A DNA stretch of 63,478 nucleotides, filler included. It is 14 parts of 14 records of this genome, joined end to end, with 100 filler letters (N's around TTAATTAATTAA, not from the genome) between each part and the next. Parts side by side here need not be neighbours in the genome. Positions count along the whole stretch, not along the records: positions 36,773 to 41,800 come from SRR9670534_1308; positions 41,901 to 45,613 come from SRR9670534_1309; positions 45,714 to 52,210 come from SRR9670534_1314; 11 more parts are not named here. One strand, 5' to 3'. The notes beneath the pieces were generated by a model. It was given only the letters and a program-made list of their open reading frames with translations. It searched no databases and had not been told where the DNA came from. Shown one piece after another: positions 37,145-51,559 of the stretch (positions within the stretch are counted from its first letter, which is position 1; each line of letters starts with the position of its first letter). The translations under genes and the position numbers were made by a program.

Positions 37145-39925
37145 ATGACAAGTTTTCATCAGCTTGTTGATAGTAAAGGCCCTACTATTTCATCAGAAAT
37201 ACTGGATGATTTGTGCAGGTTTGTAAAGTTATAAACTACCTACATACTTCAGACTGTCTATGTACCTATTATTCAGCTACGTATTCAGGTAGGTATTATT
37301 CAACTACGTACATGTACATAATAGGTATAATAATAATGTAATTGCAATAAAATGTAATAATTAATTAAAAATGTAAAATGTATTAATATGTAATACGTAA
37401 TACATAACGATTCGTTATAAACGAAGTTTTTAATAAGATTTAACTCCGTTTTAGTCGATTTCTTATAAACCTACCTGCAGAGAAAAGAAAGGATGAAATC
37501 TCATTACTCTTTGCAATTGAAGAAGCTCATTGGTTTTACTTAGACTTTTATTGTTCTGATAAACCAGAAACAGAAAAATGTGATATTAAGGATTTTATTT
37601 CACAAGGTACTTAGCTGTTTTTGCATACCTTTTGTATGTACCGTTTGTACAATCTATACTTGCATGTACAATGTACATACCTTTACCTTATTATATAGGT
37701 ATGGTCCATAGCGTATTGGTATAACATGTACATGATGTACACGTACGTATAGTACTGTACCTACTGTACCTTGTATGTATAGTGCTGTACCTACTTAAAG
37801 TAGGCTACTTTGACATTGTAACATTGTACATACTGCAGTACATGTACTGTATGTACATGTATAATAAGTCGATATGGCATTTTCTCAATGTTTAGAGAAA
37901 AATATCATAAAGTAAGTGTTATATGTATATTATATATGTGCTAACATGTTAATACATAATACTAATAAGTAGGCTAGTAGCCTAAGGTTACTTATTAATA
38001 CATACCTAATAATAAAGTAGAGTTTGTACAGGGGAATATTGTTACTGTAATATCTTTTATTTACAATAGTAAGGAATCTTTACTTATCAGGATCATATTT
38101 ACAGTATTGCTTTAGTTTGCAAACATTGTCCAGAATTATATACAGAAGAACAGGGCTTATTAAGCCATTTCAAGAAATGGGTAGATTTTAAGATGAATGT
38201 ACCTACGTATGGCGCAATTATTTTGGATGAAACTTTAGATAATGTAAGTGCAATAAATAACTACCTAATGGCACACTTATTCTGCGCTCTTTACATAATT
38301 GATCTACTTACGATACTTTTGTTAGATACTTTTGGTAAAAGGAACTTGGAAAGGAGCTGGTTGGGGATTTCCTAAAGGTAAAATAAATGAGCAAGAAACT
38401 GAACAAGAATGTGCTATCAGAGAAGTAGAAGAAGAAACTGGTTTTTGTGTAAGAGATCTGATAAACTCAGAAGACTATTTAGAATATCGTGTTAAGGAAA
38501 GGGTCATCCGACTGTACATTATTTGCAATGTTAGCAAAAGTCTAAATTTTAAGCCACAAACAAGGAAAGAAATCAAGGTTTGTGTGATTACGTAACTAAT
38601 ACTGCAGTTAATACGCATATAGTACCTAGCTATGACAATTGAACTCATCTTCTTTTGTTTAGGATATTCGATGGTTTACTTTGCTAGACTTACCAACGCA
38701 TAACAAAGATCATGAAGCCCAAAATGTACTTGGTCTTCCTCCCAAACAATTTTTTACTGTTATTCCATTTTTGAGGTTTTACATCATGATCTGTAATAGT
38801 GCAATTGTTAGTATACTACACTGTCACTGTTTGGAGTCAATTCTTAATAATACACGCACTATCACAGTGTCACTGTGTAGTACTGTACAGTACAATTTAT
38901 ACTATAGTATACGATAGTATACATGTTAAAGTATGTATTGTATGTCAGTAATTACAGATCAGAATTGAGTATTATTTGTAGTCGCTGTACTGTTGTTTTT
39001 TTTGTTGTTGCCAAAATGGCTATTTTTTACAGCATACAGTTACTGCCAATTTTTGGCGATTATTGATACTGATTGTAATTTATTTTGTAGGTCTTTGGAA
39101 AGGTGGATTACAAGCAGAAAACAAGCATTAGGTATTCCGTATCAATCTAAAAGCATGTCTAAGAGAAAAGGTGATAACAGGGGTAAAATTTATTTTTTAT
39201 TTTTTGAAGCAGTGGATGACACTTATTAAATGTTGTATCAATATGGGTGTATAGCTTCGAAGCTTCGAAACGGTCGTTATTTTAGGAAGAAATCAGCCCA
39301 ATCGAAGTGCGTTTATAAAGCTTAACAGTAATGCATCTTCTGTTAAATTTCCAGTTCAGTCGCTACCACACCCGATAAAGTTATTGGTATGTAATAAGAA
39401 CAGTATAATACATGGTACAATGTACCATTGGTACATACTATATGGTACATCATATTTCGAATTTTATTAAATTTATTGCTAGCTCTTATTATTAGCTATT
39501 TTTTAACATTTGTCAAATGAATTTTAATTTTAGAAACGAGACCAGGACACTGCTCCAAATCAAACATCTATAGGTAAAATTTACCTGGTAAAGGATGTAA
39601 CTGTTCCCTCTTTTCTAACGATTATGCTCTGTTTTCAGATCAAATGAGCAATCAACGTGCTCCTTTTATTAATCCATTTACTAATTCATCATTCTCTTAT
39701 TACTCAAAGACCTGGTCAAATTTCAAATTGGATGAGAAATCCCTCATGAGAACATGTCGTCTGGGTTATCCTCAAAATAAACCTACTCAAAGTTACTATA
39801 AACCAGGAGCTCTAAGAGGGCATAAACCCGGAAAGATGTCCAATGTCAATGACACTGACAGATATTTCTTCACCGATAATAATGGTGGAAATCCACCCAA
39901 AGGCTTTTCCGTTTCAAATAGATAA
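37145..39925 (+). CDS. DCP2: mRNA-decapping enzyme 2
   Basis: Exons 37145-37218 and 37455-37606 (ILDDLCSRFLIN...IEEAHWFYLDF, Box A), 38116-38243 (VPTYGAIIL), 38326-38577 (WGFPKGKINEQE...CAIREVEEETG, Nudix box), 38663-38775, 39091-39181, then less certain small exons to TAA at 39925. Confidence 0.92.
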
Positions 39926-40146
39926 TAAATACATGTAACACTATGGTATTGCAGGAAGCTTTCAATCTCCTCTAATCGTAGTGCTAGTCAAGTACAGTAG
40001 TATCCTATTACGTAACATTGTTACGGTAACGATAATGCCCAGGTAATAAACATGTATTTACTGTAGTATATCTTTTTTGTTTTTATTAATAATAATATTT
40101 GAAACAATTTTGAATATACTTTTTTGTCTAAAAGTTGATTGTTAAA

Positions 40147-40219
40147 TATGCTAGCAGTCATTGGTTGAGCATGATTCGTGCGTTACGCACGGTGCGTAAT
40201 AGGCTTGGTTACATGCTAG
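40147..40219 (+). mobile_element. Helitron-like 3' end remnant
   Basis: GC hairpin CGTGCGTTACGCACG (40177-40191) followed by CTAG|T at 40216-40220. Confidence 0.35.
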
Positions 40220-40325
40220 TGTTATAACAATATTATAATTTTTTAATTTGCTTGAAGCTTGCTTCGTGCAAGAGATCTCTTTCGATTTGAAATATTGCAT
40301 GGGTATTTTTAGAATTTTTTAAAAA

Positions 40326-41653
40326 ATGTCTCATGAACTTGCTTATGCTCACGCGCACAATTTTATTGACCAGCTCTATCGGGACGCTACGTTGTCATAC
40401 AGAAGGCGCCAAGACCTGGCCAACGCGCTTTCAAGTGATGAGGAAGCTCTTCTTTCAAAGGAGTTTTGTGAGGAACATCCTGAATCCTTGGTTCTTCTTA
40501 GCATGAGGTCATTGTTAAAGCACAAGCAAATATCAGTGAAGGCTTTGAGAAGTCACCTACGCAAGTTTTTTCAATCATCAACAAAAATATTAGAACTAAT
40601 AAGGCAATTGTTTCTTGAGGAAAACAACTTGCAAAATTGTTCAGAAGTCTTTTTGGTGGAACGCTGTCCCGAGAAGCTATGTAGTACATGCAACGATCTA
40701 GTCATAGAAAATGCATACGTAAAGGATGAAGACTTTGAGCTTCTGACAAGACAACCAGTTCAGAGCCTAGTGCTTGCTGGTGCAAATTTTGATTGCAAGC
40801 CTATTTTCAATCATCCTTTAAGCAGAAGTGGCAGAAGAAGAACAGATGCACTTATCAGAGTTCTGCTGAACAAACAACTAGAATTTGTATACATTGATGG
40901 GAAAACGCTTGAAAATATTTTTATGACAGACATCTCTTTGGTTTGCTTTCAACGTTTTTACTTGCTAACTTTGCTTACTTATCAGTAGTAATTAAATGTT
41001 CCTTAGGATCGAGAATCTTGGAATCGAGATCGTGAATTGGATGAAATCTTGGCAACGTTGACTCAAATTTCCAATTTAAAATTTCTTTGTTTACCAAGCA
41101 TTAAGGCTTGTTGGCTTCTTAACCGATTAACAAAATTACACAATCTGGTCTATCTTGATTTATCTTTTTTCATTCCTAGTAGTATCGGTGGAAGCAACAG
41201 CCCAAAAGCAGTAAACGATGATCTAAGCGAGTTGCAAATGTTAACGAATTTGCGAGTTTTGATACTGTTTGAATGCCCTGTTTACGTTTTACAATTAAAT
41301 TTGGAATATATTTGTAAATTGAAGAAATTAAAGTGAGTTACCTTCGTTTAAACGGATTCGCAATATTTAGAGTAAATTTTTTTAGAAAATTGTCAATTGC
41401 TTCATCAGTGCCAGATCCAAGTGAAGCTGCCACTTTCGAAAATCCTGTTGCATTTTTGGGAACCCTTTGCTCTTCACTGCTGCAATTAGAATTTTTGGAC
41501 ATATCTGGAACAAATCTCACAACCACTTCTGGTCATTCTTCTAGAAAGCTGGAAGCAATTGAGGATTTGAAAGGATTGGAATATCTTGGACTCCTTGATA
41601 CATATCCAGATATTGCATCTAATAATATTATTGTCCCATCAAATGTTAAAAAA
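40326..41653 (+). CDS. ZER1/ZYG11-like LRR protein (CRL2 substrate receptor family), 5' part
   Basis: Exons 40326-40940, 41007-41332, 41386-41653. LRRs LVYLDLS, LRVLIL, LEFLDISGTNL and LEYLGLLDT resemble ZYG11/ZER1. Confidence 0.6.
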
Positions 41654-41900
41654 GTAAAATTTTATTTAAACTAAACAAAATTGCATAAATTCTACAATTT
41701 CCAATATTATTGTACAATATATCCAATGTATGAGTTTTGATAAATTATACATATTATAATAGATTTTACACAGGGTTGAACTCCTAAATTTTTAGGAAGT
41801 NNNNNNNNNNNNNNNNNNNNNNNNNNNNNNNNNNNNNNNNNNNNTTAATTAATTAANNNNNNNNNNNNNNNNNNNNNNNNNNNNNNNNNNNNNNNNNNNN

Positions 41901-44900
41901 TTCGTTGAGTATCCTGCTAGTTTCCACTGGTCAAGCGATATTCGCAAGTCTAGGCATGTCGTCGAAACTCCATGTGGCGTAGTTTTACCCTTGGAAATGG
42001 CTTGTCTGGTCATTATTTCCTTTTCATGTTGGGCCAAAGTAGGCTTTTGCATTTAATAACGATTTTTTAACGTTCATCTCAATTTAGATATACTTTAAAG
42101 GACTGAGACTTGCCGTGAGAGATCCTTGGTTAGTTTTTGGTTGCGTCTGTTTATTTTTATCATTCCTTGATTGGGGTGTATCCGCTTTTTATGTTTCTAG
42201 ATTTTGTCAAAGGGTATGCTTATCTTTCCATTTTAAAAAGCCTTAATTTCTTTAACTATTATAGTTTTTACAATTACGTAAAATTCTCCGACCTGTATTT
42301 TTGATTAACCATTCAACACTTATGAAGAAAATACTCCGGTGTATACGCCGAACCATGTTTCAAGTTCTGAGTGTGCTTTTCCTCCTTATTCTTCACCTTG
42401 GAATCTTTTCGTTACTAGGGGTTCTGATTTTTGGCGAGGTATGCCTCCTATTAATAAAAAGTATGAACGTTTTAGGCCAACACATTTGCATTTAGTCCAG
42501 CGCTTTTAAAATGAAGAATGACGAAAGCCAATATTTCAGAAATATTGCGGACGCAGCTGAAAACCTTCTGGTTTTACTGACAACTGCTAATAATCCAACC
42601 GGTAAGTAAGGTATTTTAAAGCGTTGTTCTTGCACTCTATATAATTTTAATTTAGTTATGACACCAGCATACAATGACAACCGATTAACAGTTATATACT
42701 TCGTTGGTTTTTTCTTTATTGGTAAGCATTTTTATAAATAGATGTCAGTGTTACTTAGTCTTTTGTGCCATCTCCAGGTTAATAAGGAGATTTGGCGATT
42801 CTTGTTAGTAAAGAGTCTTAGTTTACTAAAGATTCATTAGTTTTACCGTTCTTACTGTTCTTATGTTTTTTAGGTCATTACATATTTATGAACATTTTAA
42901 CTGCTGTAATATTTTCTCAATTTCGTGGCTATTTTAAAGATTCTGTACAGTCTTCGTATAATAGAAGAGTTTTTGCTTTAAAGGCTACCTTCAGGGTTAT
43001 TGCGAAACATTCACAATGTGTTAGTTTATCTGTTGCACATAATCAACCTTCGGGGTAATCAATTATCTTTAAATTTATATAATTTAAATTTGAAATTAGC
43101 ATGAATTTCAGATTAAAATTTGAATTTGAAATTAAATTTAAATTAAATTAAAATTTGAAATTAGCATGAATTTAAATGAATTTCAAGTTTAAATTTGAAA
43201 TTCATGTTGGTTTCAAGCTATTACTATACAGTATTAGAGTATTCAACTTATGGGGTATTTTTATTGCTTTAGAAGTACCGTTGAGGAATATGTTCCAGTT
43301 CCCATAGTAAAAGATGTTATTAATAATGCTTCCATAAGTGCAAACGTTAGGACCACTTTATTGAAGGTATGTTGCAAATAATAAACAGATAAAAGTGCTG
43401 CGTTGTCGCAAATTCATCTTTGTTTGTTTTTGATACTTATCGTATTTATCATCATGATTTTGTTAATATACACAATATGCTATTTTTGATATGGGCGGTG
43501 AACATTTAATCTATTTATGTACTATTCATTGTGCTCCCTGCTGACATCTTTTTCCATTTTTTGTTTCACTGTCCAATTTTTTCTAATGTAATTCTACGAT
43601 TTTTTAAAATTATCATCATAAATTTAAACTTTAATTTTAAAATATGTATAACCCAAATATGTATAACCCAAATTATTATAATAATCTATAGAATTATTAG
43701 AATATTAAATTAATAATTCAAAAGTACACATAATATATTAGGTAATTAAGCTAATTGGTTTTGCCTATTAGTGGTATTTATTTAATTCAACTCTTAATTA
43801 TAAACAATTAAATCGAGTTTCTCCTCCTTCTCAAGCTTGTCATTTTTTGTTTACTGGTAAATCACATTAATGAAATCCTTTTACATATATACAAATATTA
43901 TTTACAATTTTAGGAAATGGATAGATTGGAAAATCCCTCCTTGGTGACATTTCCCGAGCTTCTCAAAATATTTGACAGCTTAGAACAAAATCTAATCAAA
44001 GTTGAAGTAAATATACAACAATGTACAATTTAAACGTATTATTATATGTAATACACAATATGTATTGATAATTGTGTAGAGTACTATCATATTGCATTGT
44101 ACAATAGTATGATAATAATGGTATGTATTTCCTGCACACGTGTTCTATGATAATTATAATACCTGTACAATATTAATAAGATATATTTATAATTAAAAGT
44201 TTTTAATGTAAATATTATATTAAAAGTAATAACCTAAAATTGCTTATTACAATAATTATTATATTATAATAATGTAATATATCATTATTATAATATTGTT
44301 ATGTCATTATTATATTAAATATATTTTAAGGTTGAAATAATTAGCAGCTTTTATTTAAAAGTTATTTTAATTTTAAAAAAATAACTTAAAATTTAAATAT
44401 TTTGAAAAATATTTAAATTTTAAAGAGTGATTTAAAATTGCTGTTTTGTTTTAGAAGCCGTTGCCACCAGAATTTCGGAGAAATTGCTGGAAAAGGCTGC
44501 AAGTGATAATATTGTCGCCATACTTTGGCTACTTTGGCTGTTTTGTTGTCTTTCTCAATGTTGTTTATATGGCTGTAAGCAATTAAACATGCTTACACAA
44601 TGTTATACATATTGTTAATTGAATCTTTCTTTTGTGGGAAAGAGGATGTTTCTGGAATGTGGCTCAATTACATGCATATCATCATGTGCCCATTTTTAGG
44701 TCTTTGTTTCCCTCAGATTTACTGGAACGCACAACAACACAGATAGCAAATATCTAGAAGTAATTTTGAGTCAATAATATTTCGAATATTTAGCGCATGA
44801 GACTGAGCGACATCTTTACCTATTTTTTAGCTTGTTAATCTGCTTTTCACCCTGTACTATGTTTTTGAACAAATTTTTATGGTAAAATGCATGGGTTGGA

Positions 44901-45265
44901 AACTATACTTTTACAAGAAGTCAAACATTTATGATGGTTTTGTTACAATTTTCCTGTTGGTAAGTACCATTAAATGAAGATATTTCCCTCCTTTTTCTGC
45001 CATTGAGCACGTGTTCATTTACGGTATTTGTAGATTGCAGAAATTACATCCTTTATGTTTACCATGCTGAGCGGAAGGTAATCGCTACATAACGTAACGT
45101 AATGTAATAAACCAAATCTTTTTAATTACCATTTGCATTCTTTTACTGTTTGTTTGTAGTACCTCAGTTTTCTATCAAATTGATTCAAACGTGACGCTGC
45201 TGATCAGAACTATTGTCAATATGCTGATTTTGCTGAGACTTCTGAGGGTTATTGGCAACGTCAGG
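41901..45265 (+). CDS. TPCN2: Two-pore channel 2, internal multi-exon fragment
   Basis: Exons encode FVEYPASF..SSDIR...PCG, LRKILRPVFLINHSTLMKKILRCIRR, LLVLLTTANNP.VM.PAY, FMNILTAVIFSQFRGY and IVNMLILLRLLRVI. All match TPC2-type peptides. Confidence 0.88.
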
Positions 45266-45947
45266 GTACAGTACTTGTAATATAATATAAGTCTTATATA
45301 ATACATACAATTATTAGTTAGATACGTTTAATAATTTATCAATTTATATTTGTAATAATTACTAATTATGATAAATTATTACTAAATTATTAATAATTAC
45401 TAATTTATACTTATGATAATTATTAATTATGATAAATTATTTCTAATTATTAATTATGTAATAGTTACTAATTATAATACATTATTAATTATGATAAAAA
45501 TACATCACCATTAAAATTTACTAATATTGCATAAAAAATGTATTTATAAATTATAAATTATAATAACTTATAATAATTAATAAGTATATTTGTTAGCGTC
45601 CAAGTCGCAATAANNNNNNNNNNNNNNNNNNNNNNNNNNNNNNNNNNNNNNNNNNNNTTAATTAATTAANNNNNNNNNNNNNNNNNNNNNNNNNNNNNNN
45701 NNNNNNNNNNNNNACAGCGTTACAATTTTATTGTTACTGTACAAAGTGCGATCGATTTCGAGCACATTATGTAAGTTACATAGGTATTCTATTATGTACT
45801 TATTATATGTATTACATAATAATATTTAATACTTAATAATCACATGTGATTTTTAGGTTCATTATCACAGTATTAGTACATACGTACTACAATTATTAAA
45901 AACTGTCAGTATTACAAGAGAAGTTTCTATATTGGCATCAAATTTTA

Positions 45948-48900
45948 ATGTCTTTTAAATCTCTGGTCGACGAACTACAAGACTTATCGCTGGAAGTTAA
46001 AGTTAACTGTGTTCGAGTATGATTATTACGGCTAACCCACTGCTATACTAGGCAGTTGTTTTTTAATAATTATTACTAAATTTTAACAGCATTTATTGTC
46101 ATGTTGTTTACGGTCATACATGCTACAGGGATACTTTTTAAAATCAATTTCTGCTCTAGAACAACTAATACAATACGTGTTTACGGCCCGTCGGTCGCTA
46201 TTGCGGTACATGCTTAGTTAGAAAGTATATTACTATAATACTACTAGTATACTACTATGTATAATACTACTATGTATACTACTATAATAATATGTACAAT
46301 TTGCGCATTCGGTTTATTATGGAATGAGACATACTTACGTATAGAATAAATATATGGTATACACAATACGGTACGATTGATACTTTCGTAGTGCAATCGA
46401 TTATGTGCCTAATGATAGATAGTACCTACTAGATGTACATTGCTGTTGATGCAAGCAGCTTGTTGTACAATACATACAATATTATTATTACGTCACGTAT
46501 GCCTTATGTTATAATGTAAGCTGTGTATATAATATTAATTTAATGTAAGTTACATTATGTAACATGAATAATGTACATAATAACAAGCTAATGTATATCA
46601 GCAGCAATGTGAAATTCTCAATTATTCTACATAAATGATAGAGTTTTTGTTAGTAGCTGTGCGTAGAAGAGTGTGTCATGTCAGTACGAATCTATTGCAA
46701 TTGACAATACTATACTAAATAGAGTAAGCCTTAGTATACGGTAATACGGTAAGTTATCCTATTATTAGGTATTAGTAATACCGTATTACTATGTACAGTA
46801 GGATTAATTAAGTATTTCATGTATAAGAAAACGTAGCATCAAAACGTTAATTAATACTATTAATTTAATAGGTAGTAATACAATATTGAAATACGCCATT
46901 AAATTTGTATCAATTGCCTAGAGCGAAGAAGAAATTGCTCGACATACTATTAATGAAGAACTTACGGGCATAGAACGTGCAACGCATCTTTTGAGGTAAT
47001 TCGTTTTCAAACCTGTTCGTATTCATGTGCTCTATTTAAAGACAAACCAGTTTACTTTTTAATAATGCATATAGTAATGTATATAATAACTCTGCTATGT
47101 TATCTGCCATGCCATCAATCATCTTGTTTGGTTGACAAGTAATAAAGCTATATCTATATATACGCGCATATGTATGACGTGGATAGGAACCAGCTGCATT
47201 ATCGTTTCTACTCCGACTCCATACATTATAATTATTAAAATTCCTATTTTGCTCATGACTTTGTTTTTGCCAATGCAGACTATTATCCATTGTTTTTCCC
47301 ATTACTGTTCTGATAATATGCTAATAAATGGAGTTTGATGAAATAGAGAAGTTTGTGAAAAGTGATTGCGATTTCCCTAAGTACGTCTTTTTCTTGTTTA
47401 ATTACCCGTATAAATGTGTCCGAAGGAAAATTCACTTTCTTCTTACACGAACTTTAGCCTCTGATTATAAAAAAGGATTGAGTTATTGATTTTTCTTTGC
47501 AAATGACAATGCAAATGCAAAATCTATTATTATTACGTTGGTAGTCGTCGTTGTTTATCGAATTCTGTTTGAACTAGACTAGTTTTTTCGTCGACATATT
47601 CTTATGGTGCACAGCTTAAGTCATCTGTCTTGAGATGAAAACTATCATGAAGTTGTGTACCAACGATTTAAATGGCAGATGCTGGTTTCTTGTTAATAAT
47701 AATTGGAACCTTATCGATATCTATATCGATCTTCATTTCTGAAGGAGTTGTTCCAACATATTTTTTAATTTAAGTTCTTTTTCGTCTTTGTGTCACGTTT
47801 TGTCTTTTCATAGTTCTGGTGAAGAGCTACAACGACTGAGTGTCATCAACGACTTGGAAAACCTACTGATAACTTCACAAGATGAATGTCTGGATGAAGT
47901 TGTACCGAAGTTAAGGGTGTGTTCAATGTACCAACTTGTATTTGTTTACATTTATGATTAGAAAGTGTACTTCTAGGAGATCTTATTCGTTAGTCCAGGT
48001 GAACTTCAACAAGCGGCTAGTTATTCTTTTCTTAACATCCTTAAAAATGGAATTGTTCCCATGTCTAATTATGCCCAGTCTTTTCTCCAAAGTATTTTGG
48101 TTGGTCTTGAAAGTAAAGATGCAGGTACAAATCCACTTGACCTTATACATATAAAATACCTAGTAGAACTGTGTTCCAAACATCTTTTTTAGAAGTGTCA
48201 AAAGCGTGGTTGGAAACTTTGCTTGATGTCATTGACCTTTTACCGGAAGAAATTATTAAGACAAACGTATTATGAATTTAAATGAATTCGTTTTTATTAT
48301 TTTATTAGACATAACTGTTGTAGATCCTAACCCTTGCCCTGGGAAAAGGACACCTAAATCGTCCAGTTTCTCAACGTATTGCCAGTTGCAAAATTTTGGG
48401 ACAAATTGGCGGTCGCTTGAATTCGTTCTAGTGAGTTTGCTTGCTTTTTGGTATTGATTACTTACCTATCCTTTAAATATTGCAGTGTCAAGAAAGATGT
48501 ATTACCTGCAGTGCAAACACTTTGCCAGGATATAAATTCTGAAGTGAGAGGTGCTATGTGCGCTTGTTTACCACATATAGCGAATCACAATGGGTATTTT
48601 AATTGTGTTGTACTGTCATGCTTGTTAATAATAACTAACGGGAAGTTGTTACAGTCTGCGTACCTCCATTTCAGCATTGAAATAACCGAATCTGTGCTGC
48701 TACCGAAGATCATGGAACTTTGCAACGATGAAGAAAACGCCGTTAAAATGGTTGCCGTTGAAACCCTTACGAATGTTTTAAAGCATTTATCCCAAGGTGT
48801 CATTTCACGTGATAATACAATGGCTTGTTTAGACGACACAGTTGTGCTAATGAGTTAATGTTTTTAGAGAAAATAAAGGAAACTGTTATACCCCTAGTCT

Positions 48901-51559
48901 TGGATGTTTATTCTTCCATATTTACTACAGGGGAAGACAAAAGTAAGTGTAATGAATCTGACGTATATTTTCTGGTGGGTCTGGTCAAAAACTTGGGACC
49001 TCTATGCTACATTTTACGATCAAAACTGGATCCGTCTGAAATGCAAACTTTTGTTAATATATACACTACAGCTTGTACATACGGTTTATCAAGTGATTCA
49101 AAAGAATGCAATAACAATGAAAATTCCAAGAATATTGAGTCCTCTTCGCCCACGGTGAATATAAATATTAAAATTTTAAAACGAATGTTATTCATTTGTA
49201 AAAGAAGCATAAAATTAATAATGGAAATACTATTAGCTCTAAATTTGCAAACAAAGCAAGCTAATTTCACGATTATTAATTACGTCACTATTTGTAGCCC
49301 ATGCAGAAACTTTTTTCGGAAGTGGACGATTCTTATCAATGCAGACATGCTGCTGCATTTAATTTCCCAGTAAGTTTATTATTATTAATAAGCTTACCAT
49401 TTAATAACAAAAACAACGACAATGCTATCTTTTATAATTCTCTTTTAGGCATTTGTTGAATTTGTTGGTCCTAACCAATTTACTGCTCAACTTTTCCAAG
49501 TATTGTCAGATTTATGTGTAGATCCAGACATTTCAATTAGAAAGACATTGGCTGCGAGTTTTTGCCAAGTAGGCATTAAAATTTAAATTTAAAATAATGA
49601 CAATAATTTTGGTCCCAGACTTTGTCTCAATTTCATATGTGACTTACTGCAGTGGAAGGTTTTTTGCCAAGTGGTCATAATAAATGTCACTGCTTCAAAA
49701 ACCAAAGCATTTGCGTAGTAGCAGTTATTAATAATAATGATAATGATCATCTCTAGTTGATTGACATTTTATTAACCTCATTTGCTATGATTTAGATTTG
49801 TCAAAGTTTATCATGTCACTCAAAAGTACTTTATGAGCAATTTTTGAACTTTTTGAGAACGAACAACTTGGAAGTCCTGGAGAAGATCATTCCAAACCTT
49901 GACCTGCTGCTTGAAATATTTAGTCCTGTTATCTTGGAAGATTTCAAGGTGACTAATTCAAGTTTTGTTCATCATCTCTATAACTTATGAATAATATAAT
50001 AATCTACGATACAATACATAGTTATTATTTGTAATAGTTTTTCAATTATGCATTTTGTCTCTCCCTATCGCAAAGTTTACAGCACTCCTCCTACACACCC
50101 AACCAAAATAGCAGCTAATTTTTGTGTGCGTGCTTCATAATGAACTAAACATATGTAGTTTGAGAGGAAACTGTGTTTCTTTAAGGTCATTATGGTGTTA
50201 TTAGTAGCTAATTTTCAAATCTTATGTTACATTTGCTTATTTTAGATGGATTTAAACACGGACGAACCTTGGACTAGTCTTTATAGATGTGGCAATCTTT
50301 TATTTTCTTCATATAAATGGAGATTGCAAAAGCACTTTCTGGAATCTTTTTGTGTTCTTAGAGATTGCTTTCCCAAAGAACTGTTTTGGAAACCTATCAT
50401 TCCTTTTTTGAAGGAAAAACTAGAGAAATCTGTAATATAATTGTTTGCTTTTTAACTTTAATAAAATTTTTAACGTTGAATGTTAAAATGAGAATTGAAA
50501 TTTTTAATTTAAAACTATTTAATACTTTGAAAAAAATTAAAATTTTAGAGACCATTACCAGTAAAACGAGCTGCTGCAGAAACATTGCTCAAGTTTGCCA
50601 GATATTTGCCTCGACATGACCACCGAAGCAAGGTTTCATCCTACTTTGTCACCGAATTTTGTCACAGCAGAAACAGCTATAATCGACAGCTTTTTGTTGA
50701 TATATGTTACCTCACTTTAGAAATTAACTCAAAAAACTTTTTTAAAGAAAACTTTTTTGAATTTGTCTTGGGCCTTCATAATGACAAGGTTCCGAGTGTT
50801 CGAATCAAATTTTTCAAGTTTATACCAGAATTAAAGAAAATTATAGTCTTGCCCACCGATAGACATTTGCTTCAGAATCTTGAATCTGTTGTTGGCAAGC
50901 TACATGTGGACCAACAGGCATCTCAGAATTGTAAAGAATTTTTAACAGAAGCTTTATTAAAGGTTGAATCAATAAAACCACATCATGATTCTATAGTTAG
51001 GAAAGGCTTGACAGATGCTGATTTATATGACATGAAAAAGAGTCAGGAAGAAAGAGAAATTATTGATGTTGAGATTAATGCCAGAAAAGAAATGGAAGAA
51101 CAAAGAAAACTTCAGAGACTTCATGATGGCAAGAGAAGAGGCTCTGGCAGTGCAATCGCCAGACCTGCACATGTTTATAATGCAGGAAAGGCTAAAACTT
51201 TCATGGATGATAGTGAGATTCATCATCACCATCATCACCAACATAACAGCAATTCTGGAGGGTCTAAAATTCCAAGGAAAATATCATCTCCTCTTGGTAA
51301 AATGAAGAGTAAGCCCCCTTTGTGCGCTACATTAAGTGGTGGCACCAAGGTTACATATCCCAACAAGAAAGGACACCAAAGTTCTTCACCCCAATTAGAC
51401 TCTATCCCAGCGTCAATGAAGAAGCGTAGGCATTCTCTGCCAAAGCTAGCCATTGCAGACACAAACGAAAAATCTCCAAACAATCATGGCAATAATAATA
51501 ACTGTTCAAAGATTCCAACAAGAAAGAGTACTCCAATTGCAGAAGGAAAGGGGAAATAG
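45948..51559 (+). CDS. PPP4R4: Serine/threonine phosphatase 4 regulatory subunit 4 (HEAT-repeat protein)
   Basis: Exons start at 45948-46016 (ELQDLS) and 46922-46995 (EEEIARHTINEELTGIERATHLL). Later exons encode AWLETLLDVIDLLP, VLPAVQTLCQD..SEVRGAMC, CRHAAAFNFP, KWRLQ and DKVPSVR. Disordered C-terminus, TAG at 51557-51559. Confidence 0.88.

Noticed and set aside
43081-43206. AAATTTGAAATTAGCATGAATTT repeats (similar AT repeats at 45350-45500)
   Set aside because: Low-complexity intronic AT repeats without spacer structure.
47036-47760. Possible second nested gene in PPP4R4 intron 2 (KKVNF RVxF-like peptide)
   Set aside because: Candidate frames contain several stops and I could not build a coherent exon chain.
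51221-51244. His tract in the PPP4R4 C-terminus
   Set aside because: Ordinary CAT/CAC low-complexity run in a disordered tail.
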